From the NCBI GenBank assembly GCA_003557565.1, contig PWOG01000004.1, forward strand, positions 1 to 32,257: DNA of 32,257 nucleotides. The letters are read 5' to 3'. Under the pieces are notes generated by a model that made no database searches, was not told the origin of the DNA, and saw only the letters and a program-made list of their open reading frames with translations. Shown piece after piece: positions 1-8,421 of the stretch; position 1 is the first letter of the stretch, and each line of letters begins with the position of its first letter. This DNA comes from Desulfobulbaceae bacterium. GTDB taxonomy: Bacteria > Desulfobacterota > Desulfobulbia > Desulfobulbales > Desulfurivibrionaceae. The translations under genes and the position numbers were made by a program.

Positions 1-492
1 CAGATCATCGACATCTACAGTCGTTTCGCCGGTTATATGCAGGGCCCCGCCGAGCCGGAAGTAACCCTGATCTGGTCGAGCATGTACGGCAACACCAAAA
101 AAGTAGTCAGTGCCATGGTTGAGGGAGTGCGCAGCGTGGGGGTCCCCATCCATGTACATCGAGTACCCGAAGAGCATGTCAGCTTCATTCTGGCCTCGGC
201 CCTGAAATCCTCCGGCATTATTCTGGGAATGCCGACCTATGAGTATAAAATGTTTCCTCCCATGGCCTGGACTTTAGACATGCTGGCGCGGAAAAAAATT
301 TGGCACAAAAAGGTGCTTCGTTTTGGTTCCTATGGCTGGTCGGGCGGGGCCCAGAAGGAACTTGATACCTTGACGGAAAAAATGCAATGGACCTTTGCCG
401 ATCCTGTGGAATGGCGGGGCGCCCCCTCCCAGAAAGTGATAAACCAGGCGGCATCGCAGGCCAAAAAGCTGGCCCAAAGCCTTAAAGAATAG
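1..492 (+). CDS. fprA: FprA-family A-type flavoprotein (flavodiiron protein), C-terminal flavodoxin domain; 5' partial
   Basis: Frame is open from base 1 (QIIDIYSRFAGYMQG...). Flavodoxin motifs SMYGNT, GMPTYE and FGSYGWSGGA are typical of the FprA C-terminus. Confidence 0.9.
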   Translation, partial: QIIDIYSRFAGYMQGPAEPEVTLIWSSMYGNTKKVVSAMVEGVRSVGVPIHVHRVPEEHVSFILASALKSSGIILGMPTYEYKMFPPMAWTLDMLARKKIWHKKVLRFGSYGWSGGAQKELDTLTEKMQWTFADPVEWRGAPSQKVINQAASQAKKLAQSLKE

Positions 493-586
493 ATAGCTGT
501 CGGTGGCCTGAGCTGTCGGCTCAGACGGAATGTCTTCGCCGCGTAGCGGCATCTTGTTTCAACCTTCAACACCAGGAGCCAAAGCC

Positions 587-904
587 ATGAGCAAAGAAAA
601 GCTGCCCAAAAACTATGAAAGGCTGCAGGAGAGGAACCCGGAGTATATGCAGGCCGTTGAGGAGCTGGGTAAGGTGGTCCATCGGTCCGGACCTCTTGAT
701 GAAAAGAGCTGTCATTTAATCCAGATGGGCGCTGCTGCCGCCCTGCGGCTCGAAGGAGGCGTCCACAGCCATGCCCGCCGGGCACTGGCGGCCGGCGCCA
801 GCGAGGAAGAGTTGCGGCACGCCCTGATTGTGCTCACCTCAACCATCGGCTTCCCGTCGGTGGCCGCAGCCATGAGCTGGATCAGCGACCCCGGGCAGGG
901 GTAA
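587..904 (+). CDS. Carboxymuconolactone decarboxylase (CMD/AhpD-like) family protein
   Basis: AGGAG at 574-578 precedes ATG 587. The pattern GPLDEKSCHLIQMGAAAA...GGVHSHARRALAAGASEEEL...TIGFP fits the CMD family. Confidence 0.85.
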   Translation: MSKEKLPKNYERLQERNPEYMQAVEELGKVVHRSGPLDEKSCHLIQMGAAAALRLEGGVHSHARRALAAGASEEELRHALIVLTSTIGFPSVAAAMSWISDPGQG

Positions 905-917
905 CCCCCCTGCCCGG
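891..917 (+). terminator. GC-rich hairpin overlapping the CMD stop codon; probable terminator
   Basis: 11-bp inverted repeat CCGGGCAGGGG / CCCCTGCCCGG. No clear U tract follows. Confidence 0.5.
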
Positions 918-1072
918 TGGATAAAATCCACTCTTGACCGGTTAAAATGAAGGTTGTTAAAAATGTCGACCGTACCGATTTCTTTTTTTCCTCCTTGCGT
1001 GACCTATGGGGAAAAAGCTAGCATGTATTTAAAAGCTTTCAACTTAACTTCAAGAAAAATGGAGGAGCGAAT

Positions 1073-1408
1073 ATGGTCCGCGATATTATCCGCAAAAGCC
1101 TTTATGCCGGCTTGGGTGTGGTGGTGGTCACCGGTGAGGAGATTCGGAAAACAGTGGATCGCTTCGTGGAATCGGGCAAGATGACCGCGGAAGACAGCGA
1201 AGCCCTGGTCAAGGAACTATCGGACAAGGGAGAGAAACAACAAAAGGAATTCCAGCAATGGCTTGCCGATATAGCACGCGCCACCGTTGATCGCCTGGAA
1301 ATTGCCGACAAGCAGGAAGTCGAGGAACTGTCCGCCAAGGTCAAAAGCCTGGAAGAGCGGGTCACTTTGCTGGAGGACTTGCGGCACAAGGAAGAGAAAA
1401 GCTACTGA
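1073..1408 (+). CDS. Phasin-family / PHA synthesis regulator-like protein
   Basis: SD GGAGG upstream. N-terminal IRKSLYAGLG, then LVESGKM-like segment and a C-terminal coiled coil (EVEELSAKVKSLEERV). Confidence 0.8.
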   Translation: MVRDIIRKSLYAGLGVVVVTGEEIRKTVDRFVESGKMTAEDSEALVKELSDKGEKQQKEFQQWLADIARATVDRLEIADKQEVEELSAKVKSLEERVTLLEDLRHKEEKSY

Positions 1409-1411
1409 CCC

Positions 1412-3061
1412 ATGGACCTCCGGACATTCGCCCACTTGGGGCGCTACAAGGAAATTGTTACCGTACTCTGGCGATACGGTTTCAACGAGGTGGTGGAACG
1501 TCTTGAGTTTCCCGGACGCCACCTGCTGGACAGGATCCATACCAAAAGCCGTGAACTGGATACCGGCACCCGCATTCGCAAGGCCATGGAAGAACTGGGG
1601 CCGGCCTTTATCAAGACCGGCCAGTTTCTATCCATGCGGCACGATATTTTTCCTCCGGCGGTGCTCCGGGAGTTGCGAAAACTCCAGGATGAAGTCCCCC
1701 CCGCGCCATTTCCCGCCATCCGTGAGGTATTAGAAACCAGTCTGGGCAGGCCGATCTCGGAAGTTTTCAGCTATTTCGAGGAAGAACCGCTGGCGGCGGC
1801 TTCCCTGGCCCAGGTCCATCGGGCTGTACTGCTTGAGCAACGCCAGGTGGTGGCGGTCAAGGTTCAGCGCCCCAATACTCCGGAAATCGTACGTAACGAT
1901 TTGGAAATTCTGGAAATTATGGCCCGGCAGGTCAACGAGCGCATGGAAAGCATGCGGGTTTACAATCTTCCCAAACTCGCGCAGCAGATCCGTCGGCTCA
2001 TGCTCAACGAGATCGATTTCAACCGGGAGTTGCGCAACATGCGCATCATGCGCAGCAGCCTTGCTGAACCAGGTTTTTTTATTCCGGCTGTTTTTCCCGA
2101 CTACAGCAGCTCCCGGGTGCTGACCATGGAGTTGGCCCGGGGGCAAAAGTTAAAAGATATTGATCTGGACAAACTGGCTAATCGCTATGAACTGGCCAGG
2201 CGGGGAATGTCCATGGTGGTCAGACAGATTCTCGAAAACGGGTTCTTTCATGCCGACCCGCATCCGGGCAATTTCCTGATCGATGAAAATGGCACCATTT
2301 CGCTGCTGGATTGGGGCATGGTCGGCCGTTTGACCACGGAAATGCGTTACAACCTGATAGAGCTGGTGAGATCTTTCGTGGAGAAAGACACCGAAGAGAT
2401 CGTCAACATCCTGCTGGAGTTCGTTTCCGGTGATGAACAGGTGGATAAGCGATTTCTGGAGAATGAAGTACTGGAGGTGATCAATCTATTCCATCACCTG
2501 CCGATCAAGGAGGTCAACCTGGGCCAGATCTTGAACGACACCACCCGCATATTACGGGAACAGGGCCTGATCCTGTCGGCCGAACCGGCGATCATGATCA
2601 AGGCCCTGGTAACCGTGGAAAGTACGGCTCAACAGATCTGCCCGGACCTAAACACCCTTGATGAGATCAAGCCATTTGTCAGCCGCCTGACCAGGGAGCG
2701 CTACAAGCCCGCCAATCTGCGACGGGATTTCATGCGCAACCTGAGATATCTTTTCAAGATACAGCGGAAACTTCCGAGCAGTATTCTGGCAATCACCGAT
2801 AAAATTGAACACGGCGAACTGGCTATCCGCTTCCGGCACGAAAGGCTGGAAGGTCTTCAACACACCCTGGACCGGATCACCAACCGGATGATTCTAGGCC
2901 TGATCACCGCTTCCCTGTTCGTCACCTCGGGGCTGATCATCTTCGCCGATATCGGCCCTCCCCTGTGGGGTTATTCCTATCTGGGAATGATCGGTTTCCT
3001 GCTGGCAATGGTACTGGCCGTCTACCTGGTGATCAGTATCTTACGCTCCTCAAAATACTGA
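1412..3061 (+). CDS. ABC1/AarF/UbiB-family atypical kinase
   Basis: Motifs LGPAFIKTGQ, LQDEVPP, AAASLAQVH, VAVKVQRP, FFHADPHPGN and LLDWGMVG, plus two C-terminal TM helices. Confidence 0.93.
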   Translation: MDLRTFAHLGRYKEIVTVLWRYGFNEVVERLEFPGRHLLDRIHTKSRELDTGTRIRKAMEELGPAFIKTGQFLSMRHDIFPPAVLRELRKLQDEVPPAPFPAIREVLETSLGRPISEVFSYFEEEPLAAASLAQVHRAVLLEQRQVVAVKVQRPNTPEIVRNDLEILEIMARQVNERMESMRVYNLPKLAQQIRRLMLNEIDFNRELRNMRIMRSSLAEPGFFIPAVFPDYSSSRVLTMELARGQKLKDIDLDKLANRYELARRGMSMVVRQILENGFFHADPHPGNFLIDENGTISLLDWGMVGRLTTEMRYNLIELVRSFVEKDTEEIVNILLEFVSGDEQVDKRFLENEVLEVINLFHHLPIKEVNLGQILNDTTRILREQGLILSAEPAIMIKALVTVESTAQQICPDLNTLDEIKPFVSRLTRERYKPANLRRDFMRNLRYLFKIQRKLPSSILAITDKIEHGELAIRFRHERLEGLQHTLDRITNRMILGLITASLFVTSGLIIFADIGPPLWGYSYLGMIGFLLAMVLAVYLVISILRSSKY

Positions 3062-3147
3062 CCACTTGTTGCGTAACCAATCACAGGGTTTGTCCCAGTA
3101 AGGGGGCACGTGGTGCCGCAGGCTACGGCTACCTGTAATCGCTCGGG

Positions 3148-4503
3148 TCAAGGTTCGCTGTCAACAAGCCGGGCCAGCCGCTGTTCGTTTTGCTCCATCA
3201 GATCGACCAGTTCCGCCACCCGGGTATTGAAGCGCTCAAAGTCCTCCTCGGGCAGCGAAGCTGCCCTGGGCAGCTCGGCCGTCATTGGATTAACCGGCCG
3301 CCCCCGAACATGCAGCTCGAAATGCAGGTGCGGTCCCGTTGAACGTCCTGTATTACCCGACAGAGCGATGCGCTGTCCCTTTTCCACCCGCTCACCCCTG
3401 CGCACCAGAAAACGATCCAGGTGCAGATAACGGGTCACATACTTGGTGCCGTGTTCAATTTCAATATATTTTCCTGCAAAGGGATGGTTTCGCCCCCTGG
3501 TTACCACCCCGTCGGCGGTGGACAGCACGGGAGTTCCCCGGGGAGTGGCGAAATCAACGCCATTGTGGGGTGCCACCCGGCCGGTGACAGGATGCCGGCG
3601 GTTGGGGTTGAAAGATGAGCTGATCCTGAAGCGCTGCGCCGTCGGGTGGCGCATAAAGGCCCGCATCATACTCTCACCGTCCTGATCGTAGTAATTCCCG
3701 TTTTCGCAAAGAAAAGCATTATGGATATGATTGCGCCGCAGAATGCGCACCCCCTCTATGCGGCTCTGCCCGGTCATCTCTCCATTGACGCTCTGCTGGC
3801 TGCGAATAACCTGAAATCGATCGCCGGCCCTGATCTCCCGGGCAAAGTTGAGCCGGCCGTCAAACAATTCGCCTATCTGCATGGTTTCCCTTTCACTCAG
3901 GCCGGCGTCCTTGGCTGATTTGTAAAACGTGCCGTTGATCTCACCGGCGAGAACATCCTGTTCCCACTCTCCTTCTTTGATTACCTCTTGGTAGTCAAAT
4001 GAGGACTCATCGAATCGACGATAAATCACCCTGTTGCCGGCATGAATAAAAAGCTCCATCTCTTCCAGCTGTTCGCCGTCTGCATCCATCCTGAAAGTCA
4101 GTCGATTGCCGGGGCGAAGAGTATCAAGAGCCAGCAGTGATTCATCAGCTTCCAGAATATGGTACATGGTCCGGTGGCTGATCTCGAAATGATCGAATAT
4201 ATTGCTCAGATTGTCTCCGGGCTGAATATCATAGGTATGGACGTGCTCAGGCTGCGGAAGCTCCAGAGGTGCGGCCTTAATTTCCCCGGCGGGTTGCGGC
4301 TGGGAGGTAATGTTTTCGTATGTGGAAGGTTCAACCGGACGCGGCTTATCGTGCCAGAAAAAAATGATCGCCGACAGGGCAAGCAAAGGCAAACCCGCCC
4401 AACTAAAGCTTCTCAATAATTTTCTGTTACCTTTTTTCGGGTTGATCGATAAAATCAACCGCTCTTTTTTCGGCCTGTTTCTTTTAACCCTGTATATTTT
4501 CAT
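3148..4503 (-). CDS. mepM: M23-family murein DD-endopeptidase (MepM-like: TM anchor, LysM/OapA-like, Csd3-like and M23 domains)
   Basis: M23 motifs HNGVDF, YLHL and STGPHLHFE. LysM-like YDIQPGDNLSNIF. N-terminal TM segment. Start uncertain (ATG 4521 or 4503). Confidence 0.85.
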   Translation of the reverse strand: MKIYRVKRNRPKKERLILSINPKKGNRKLLRSFSWAGLPLLALSAIIFFWHDKPRPVEPSTYENITSQPQPAGEIKAAPLELPQPEHVHTYDIQPGDNLSNIFDHFEISHRTMYHILEADESLLALDTLRPGNRLTFRMDADGEQLEEMELFIHAGNRVIYRRFDESSFDYQEVIKEGEWEQDVLAGEINGTFYKSAKDAGLSERETMQIGELFDGRLNFAREIRAGDRFQVIRSQQSVNGEMTGQSRIEGVRILRRNHIHNAFLCENGNYYDQDGESMMRAFMRHPTAQRFRISSSFNPNRRHPVTGRVAPHNGVDFATPRGTPVLSTADGVVTRGRNHPFAGKYIEIEHGTKYVTRYLHLDRFLVRRGERVEKGQRIALSGNTGRSTGPHLHFELHVRGRPVNPMTAELPRAASLPEEDFERFNTRVAELVDLMEQNEQRLARLVDSEP

Positions 4504-4534
4504 GGCAACCCGTATCAACATTTAGGAAGTCGAT

Positions 4535-4662
4535 TGTAAGCGATCACAGGGCACCACATCTTGCAACGATCTGGCCCGTCTCATGTACTTGGTGACTACG
4601 CATCGCCGTCGGGGCTGCGGCAACCCGAGACCGTTTACACTGTGGACCCTGTGTTGACTACA
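4535..4662. repeat. Palindromic intergenic repeat, copy A (REP/MITE-like)
   Basis: Imperfect terminal IRs TGTAAGCGATCACAGGG ... CCCTGTGTTGACTACA. Aligns with the reverse complement of 6818-6959 (GCGATCACAGGGCACC identical; TACGCATCGCCGwCGGGGCyGCG shared). Confidence 0.8.
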
Positions 4663-4717
4663 GTCGATTTACTCGCCGCGACAATATAGCGCATAAAACG
4701 CTGGGTCTCAAATGATC

Positions 4718-4742
4718 TCCTGTTTTTTTTAAAAAAACAGGA
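4718..4742. other. Perfect AT-rich inverted repeat (operator or terminator-like)
   Basis: TCCTGTTTTTTT-T-AAAAAAACAGGA, 12-bp arms, lying between the PAP2 3' end and the mepM 5' end. Confidence 0.45.
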
Positions 4743-4917
4743 CCAGAGATGAAATTTTTCCTGGTTGAAATTGACGATAAGTCAATCTCGCCAAATAAAT
4801 CAAACTGGGTTAATTTTTCGGCAATCTCTTCCCCGGCAGCCATCGCCTGGTTATTTGCTGGAACTGAAATTTACAATGGCTGCACCAACTTGCAACTGCA
4901 AGGATAGTAACTTTAGT

Positions 4918-5602
4918 TTATCTATCAACTGTTTGCCGAGAATCAAAGGTAAGGGAAGATGGAAGGAACTGAAGATACTCAAGTGTTAACAGACAAAAAT
5001 AAAACCAAGAAATGGAAACTGCCACAGCCGCCAATATATCCGAGGGAAAATGAGCACCTACTATAATCCGGCTCAATAAAACTGAAACTGTCAATAAAGA
5101 CATAGCAACAATAATACTTATTTTAACTGGGGTGTTTTTGATAAAATAGCACCCAATGTACATAATAAAGAAAAAAAACAAGACAATTCTCATTGTGTGT
5201 CCACTAGGAAAGCTGTAAGAAGACATCTCCAGAGAATAGCCAAATATTTCGATCACACTCATTTCCCCAGGTCTCTCGCGCTGAAATAATATCTTTAGCA
5301 AAAAATTTAATATTATCCCCCCGAAGGTTAGTGAAAACAAAAAACTATATATCCAATCCTTCTTTTATACAGCAACAATAATGCAGCCAAAAAGTCATTA
5401 TTACAATCGACTCAACAGAACCCACCACTGTAATCTTATCCATCGTTGCAACAACAAAAGATGGAGCATTGTCTATTAACAATAGAATGACTAATTGATC
5501 CAGATGATTCAATTTATTTTGCAATGAAAGCATGGTAATTATCAAAAATAAAACCATACTACCAAACAGTAAAAATACTTTGTCATTAAATTTAAATGTC
5601 AT
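4918..5602 (-). pseudogene. PAP2-family phosphatase, frameshifted (or homopolymer sequencing errors)
   Basis: PAP2 motifs KxxxxRxRP (KILFQRERP), SFPSGH and SRIIVGAHFPSD. Split into ORFs 5345-5602 and 4918-5340. Adding one base to each of the A runs at 5389-5393 and 5339-5344 gives a continuous hydrophobic frame (MTFLAALLLLYKRRIGYIVFLFSLTFGG). Visibly AT-rich. Confidence 0.85.
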
Positions 5603-5879
5603 TTTTATTCCGTAATCTGCTCACCGGCAGCTGACCCACAACTTCGCGGCCAATGCTCCCGGGGTGATTTAGCTGAGGGACACAATTTTATATTTCCACC
5701 CATTGGGGAAGGGCTTTACGGCTGGCCACAAGGATATCTCCACAGCAAAACCGTTAATCAACTAATCGTCCTTTATCATTGCCATGCGCTACCGGTCTGT
5801 ATATAACAGAGGAATCAAAATATTTTCATCATAAAAAATGATGCATGCCATGAAAGCGAAAATATCCACGGGAGGAATT

Positions 5880-6752
5880 ATGGGCTATTTGCGAAATATT
5901 CTCCTCGGTCTTGGCGGACTTGCCCTGGGCCTGTTCATCACTGTTGCCTTTCCAGGCCAGGCCCCGGCCGAACGTAAACTGGCCGTTGACCCTGATAAAC
6001 TGGTGGAGGTCGAGATCGCCACAGTGGCCATCGCCAGCAACGGCAACCCGGTGGTCCTGCTGCGAGAACCCCACGATAACATGGTGGTGCCCATCTTCAT
6101 TGGCCCCGAACAGGCCGTCGCCATCAGCCGTGCCCTGCGCGCAACCGAGATGCCGCGCCCCATGACCCATGACCTGATGATTAACGTTATTGCCGGCCTG
6201 GAAGCTGAATTGACCAGGGTATATGTGGATGACCTGCAGGACAACGCCTTTTTTGGGATGCTGGAGATTGCCATGACGGGACATGACGAACCCCTCCGTA
6301 TCGACAGCCGCCCCAGCGATGCCCTGGCCCTGGCCGTGCGCACCGGGGCCACCATCCACATCGCGCCCAAGGTTATGAAAGCGGCGGTTGCCATTGAATA
6401 CCAAGGACTTGAGGACGAGGTGGTCACCGCAGTTGGGATTACAGTTAACCTGGTCACCGAGGATTTGCAAACGGCCCTGAAATTGCCCGACCAGGACGGG
6501 GTGCTGGTCAGCAAAGTCACCGGCCCGGCCCTTGAGGCCGGCCTGAAGCCCGGAGCCCTGATCATCCGGGTCAATGACGATACCCCAGCCACCCCCATGG
6601 AATTCCTGGAACTGGTACGCACCACCGAGGAAGGTGAGGATGTGGCCATCACTTACTGGCAGGATGGTGAGGAACACCGGATTCAAGTCCCCACCGACGT
6701 TCCCGCCCCGCGCCAATTCCGTGACCGGGGCGACCCCGGCATCGAATTGTAA
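5880..6752 (+). CDS. Bifunctional nuclease (DUF151/BFN) domain protein with N-terminal signal/TM segment and C-terminal PDZ domain
   Basis: SD GGAGG before ATG 5880. DUF151 motifs PIFIGPEQA, PRPMTHDL and IDSRPSDALALA. PDZ-like GVLVSKVTGPALEAGLKPGALIIRVN. Confidence 0.85.
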   Translation: MGYLRNILLGLGGLALGLFITVAFPGQAPAERKLAVDPDKLVEVEIATVAIASNGNPVVLLREPHDNMVVPIFIGPEQAVAISRALRATEMPRPMTHDLMINVIAGLEAELTRVYVDDLQDNAFFGMLEIAMTGHDEPLRIDSRPSDALALAVRTGATIHIAPKVMKAAVAIEYQGLEDEVVTAVGITVNLVTEDLQTALKLPDQDGVLVSKVTGPALEAGLKPGALIIRVNDDTPATPMEFLELVRTTEEGEDVAITYWQDGEEHRIQVPTDVPAPRQFRDRGDPGIEL

Positions 6753-6817
6753 AAAACTCGCAGGGAACTATCTTTTCCTATAAAAGGCGGCAATTTGTGT
6801 GGCATGAGCCACAAGAA

Positions 6818-6959
6818 TGTAAATGATCACGGGGGACCAGGCGGTAAGCGGCCACAGAGTGCCGCAGGTTGTGGCGCGGCCCCGTCGGCGATGCGTACAC
6901 ATATCAGCACGTAAACCAGTCCGATCGCCGCTTGTGGCGGTGCCCTGTGATCGCACACA
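6818..6959. repeat. Palindromic intergenic repeat, copy B
   Basis: Ends TGTAAATGATCACGGGGGACC ... GGTGCCCTGTGATCGCACACA. The core GTGCCGCAG..CGGCG..GCGTACA..TCGCC is shared with 29036-29147 and, inverted, partly with 4535-4662. Confidence 0.8.
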
Positions 6960-7073
6960 ATAATTGACACAGGCGGCACATTTATGCTAATGCTTGCGCT
7001 TTGAACGAAACTGCCCCGCACCTTCCTTGTGGGCTTGAACGAATCTGCTTCCACACCTTTCTTGGAAACATAA

Positions 7074-8057
7074 ATGGAACAGCGCGATTTTTATTTGCAT
7101 CTGGGTTTTCCCAAGACCGCTACCACAGCCTTTCAGCGCAGTATTTTCAGCACCGACTCTCAAATTGCCTATCTGGGCAAGCGCTCACAATCAAAGACCG
7201 CAAATAGCGTTGCCGAGAAAATATTCGCGAACCTGCTCTGGTCCTCCGGCAAATACTGGATTGACCACGGTGATCTCACAAGAAAAAATATCCTCGAAGC
7301 CACCGAAGAACTACCCCACCGTACCGGCGGATCCGTGCTGGTTTCCGAGGAAACACTTCTGGGCGGGTGCCTGGGTATGTTCAGGGTTGTCTCCCGTTGG
7401 CGGGAAGGCCGTTTTGTTGGACTGGACCTTGACACGCTGGCCGAGCGGCTGCACCTTTTTTCGCGACACGCGTGGCCGGAGGGACGAGTCCGTGCCTTGA
7501 TAACATTAAGAAGGCAGGACCACCTGCTCGCCTCCCTTTTCGCCCAAACTTTTCTGTGGAGAAGAGCAGGAGGCTGTAACTCTCTGGAACAGCTGGCAGA
7601 ACAAATCATAGACCAGGACTATTACTCCATGGGCGGACTGGCGCTTGACTATAACGGACTGATAGAGCGTTTCGAACAGGCCCTCGGTCCGGAAAGTGTG
7701 AAGATTATCTTTTTTGAGGATATTAACAATGATCTGTCACAAGTTGTTCGAACTCTCCAAGACTCCGTAGGCATCGATCCTCACCTGGTGCAGCAGGCAT
7801 TAAGCAAACCAAAATACAAGGTTAGACGCGTGGACGAAGCTTCGTGGACGGTGCTGCGGCACACGGGAACCAACCGCTTCAAGCACTTGGTTGAGACCAT
7901 TGGCGACTTCATGAATGGCCGAAAAACTCCCTCCGTCACCAAACTCACCCCCGAACTCAGCCGTTTCATCATGAACCGTTACCGGGAGAGCAATCGGCTG
8001 CTGGAAAAACGGGTGGGGCGTGATCTTTCCGCCTACGGTTACACCTCATCATCCTGA
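7074..8057 (+). CDS. Sulfotransferase-like P-loop protein
   Basis: 5'-PSB-like motif YLHLGFPKTATTAFQ, then LVSEE, ITLRRQDHLLAS and a C-terminal RYRESNRLL...DLSAYGY, all typical of bacterial sulfotransferase-like proteins. Confidence 0.75.
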   Translation: MEQRDFYLHLGFPKTATTAFQRSIFSTDSQIAYLGKRSQSKTANSVAEKIFANLLWSSGKYWIDHGDLTRKNILEATEELPHRTGGSVLVSEETLLGGCLGMFRVVSRWREGRFVGLDLDTLAERLHLFSRHAWPEGRVRALITLRRQDHLLASLFAQTFLWRRAGGCNSLEQLAEQIIDQDYYSMGGLALDYNGLIERFEQALGPESVKIIFFEDINNDLSQVVRTLQDSVGIDPHLVQQALSKPKYKVRRVDEASWTVLRHTGTNRFKHLVETIGDFMNGRKTPSVTKLTPELSRFIMNRYRESNRLLEKRVGRDLSAYGYTSSS

Positions 8058-8085
8058 TTTTCTGGGTTCCCCGATACCATTTCCC

Positions 8086-8247
8086 GTGAAAACAACAATC
8101 TTTGTCATTGTCTCCATCCTTGCTGCCGGCACGGTCTTTGCCGTTATCCGCAAAAGGTCCGAAGACGGCTGTATCCCCTGACTGCAAACTTACGGCCCCC
8201 TGGTCGCGGGGGCGTTGACCTACTATCTGCTTGACCTGTTTTTTTAA
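8086..8247 (+). CDS. Candidate small membrane selenoprotein, 53 aa, CxxU motif (UGA at 8179-8181)
   Basis: GTG 8086 reads MKTTIFVIVSILAAGTVFAVIRKRSEDGCIP-U-LQTYGPLVAGALTYYLLDLFF then TAA 8245-8247. Two hydrophobic segments flank CIPU and a SECIS-like hairpin follows. No obvious SD sequence. Confidence 0.65.
8182..8215 (+). promoter_or_regulatory. Putative bacterial SECIS element
   Basis: Stem GCCCCC (8195-8200) / GGGGGC (8208-8213). Loop UGGUCGC has G at position 2 and starts 19 nt after the UGA. Lower AC/GU pairs are separated by a bulge. Confidence 0.6.
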
Positions 8248-8421
8248 CACCAAACTCCAAACAGGGTTAATGATAATTTGCCAATGCCAGGAAACATCCA
8301 TGAGGGGACTGGATGAACAAAAAAACAGTCAAGCAGACTTAGCAAACCCTGGGATGCCCGGATCAATTCATTAGTGGGACCACTTTGGTCGGCAACATGA
8401 TCTTTTTCCCCAATTACTTGG

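Noticed and set aside
1406-1414. Phasin TGA in frame with the UbiB ATG (possible read-through or Sec fusion)
   Set aside because: No Cys/redox context or convincing SECIS. In-frame spacing occurs by chance one time in three.
4535-8247. Integron cassette array interpretation
   Set aside because: No intI in the window, genes and repeats occur in both orientations, and copies A and B lack proper RYYYAAC/GTTRRRY ends.
8313-8342. SD-like GAGGGG + ATG giving MNKKTVKQT*
   Set aside because: Only 9 codons. At most a gene remnant, with no support.
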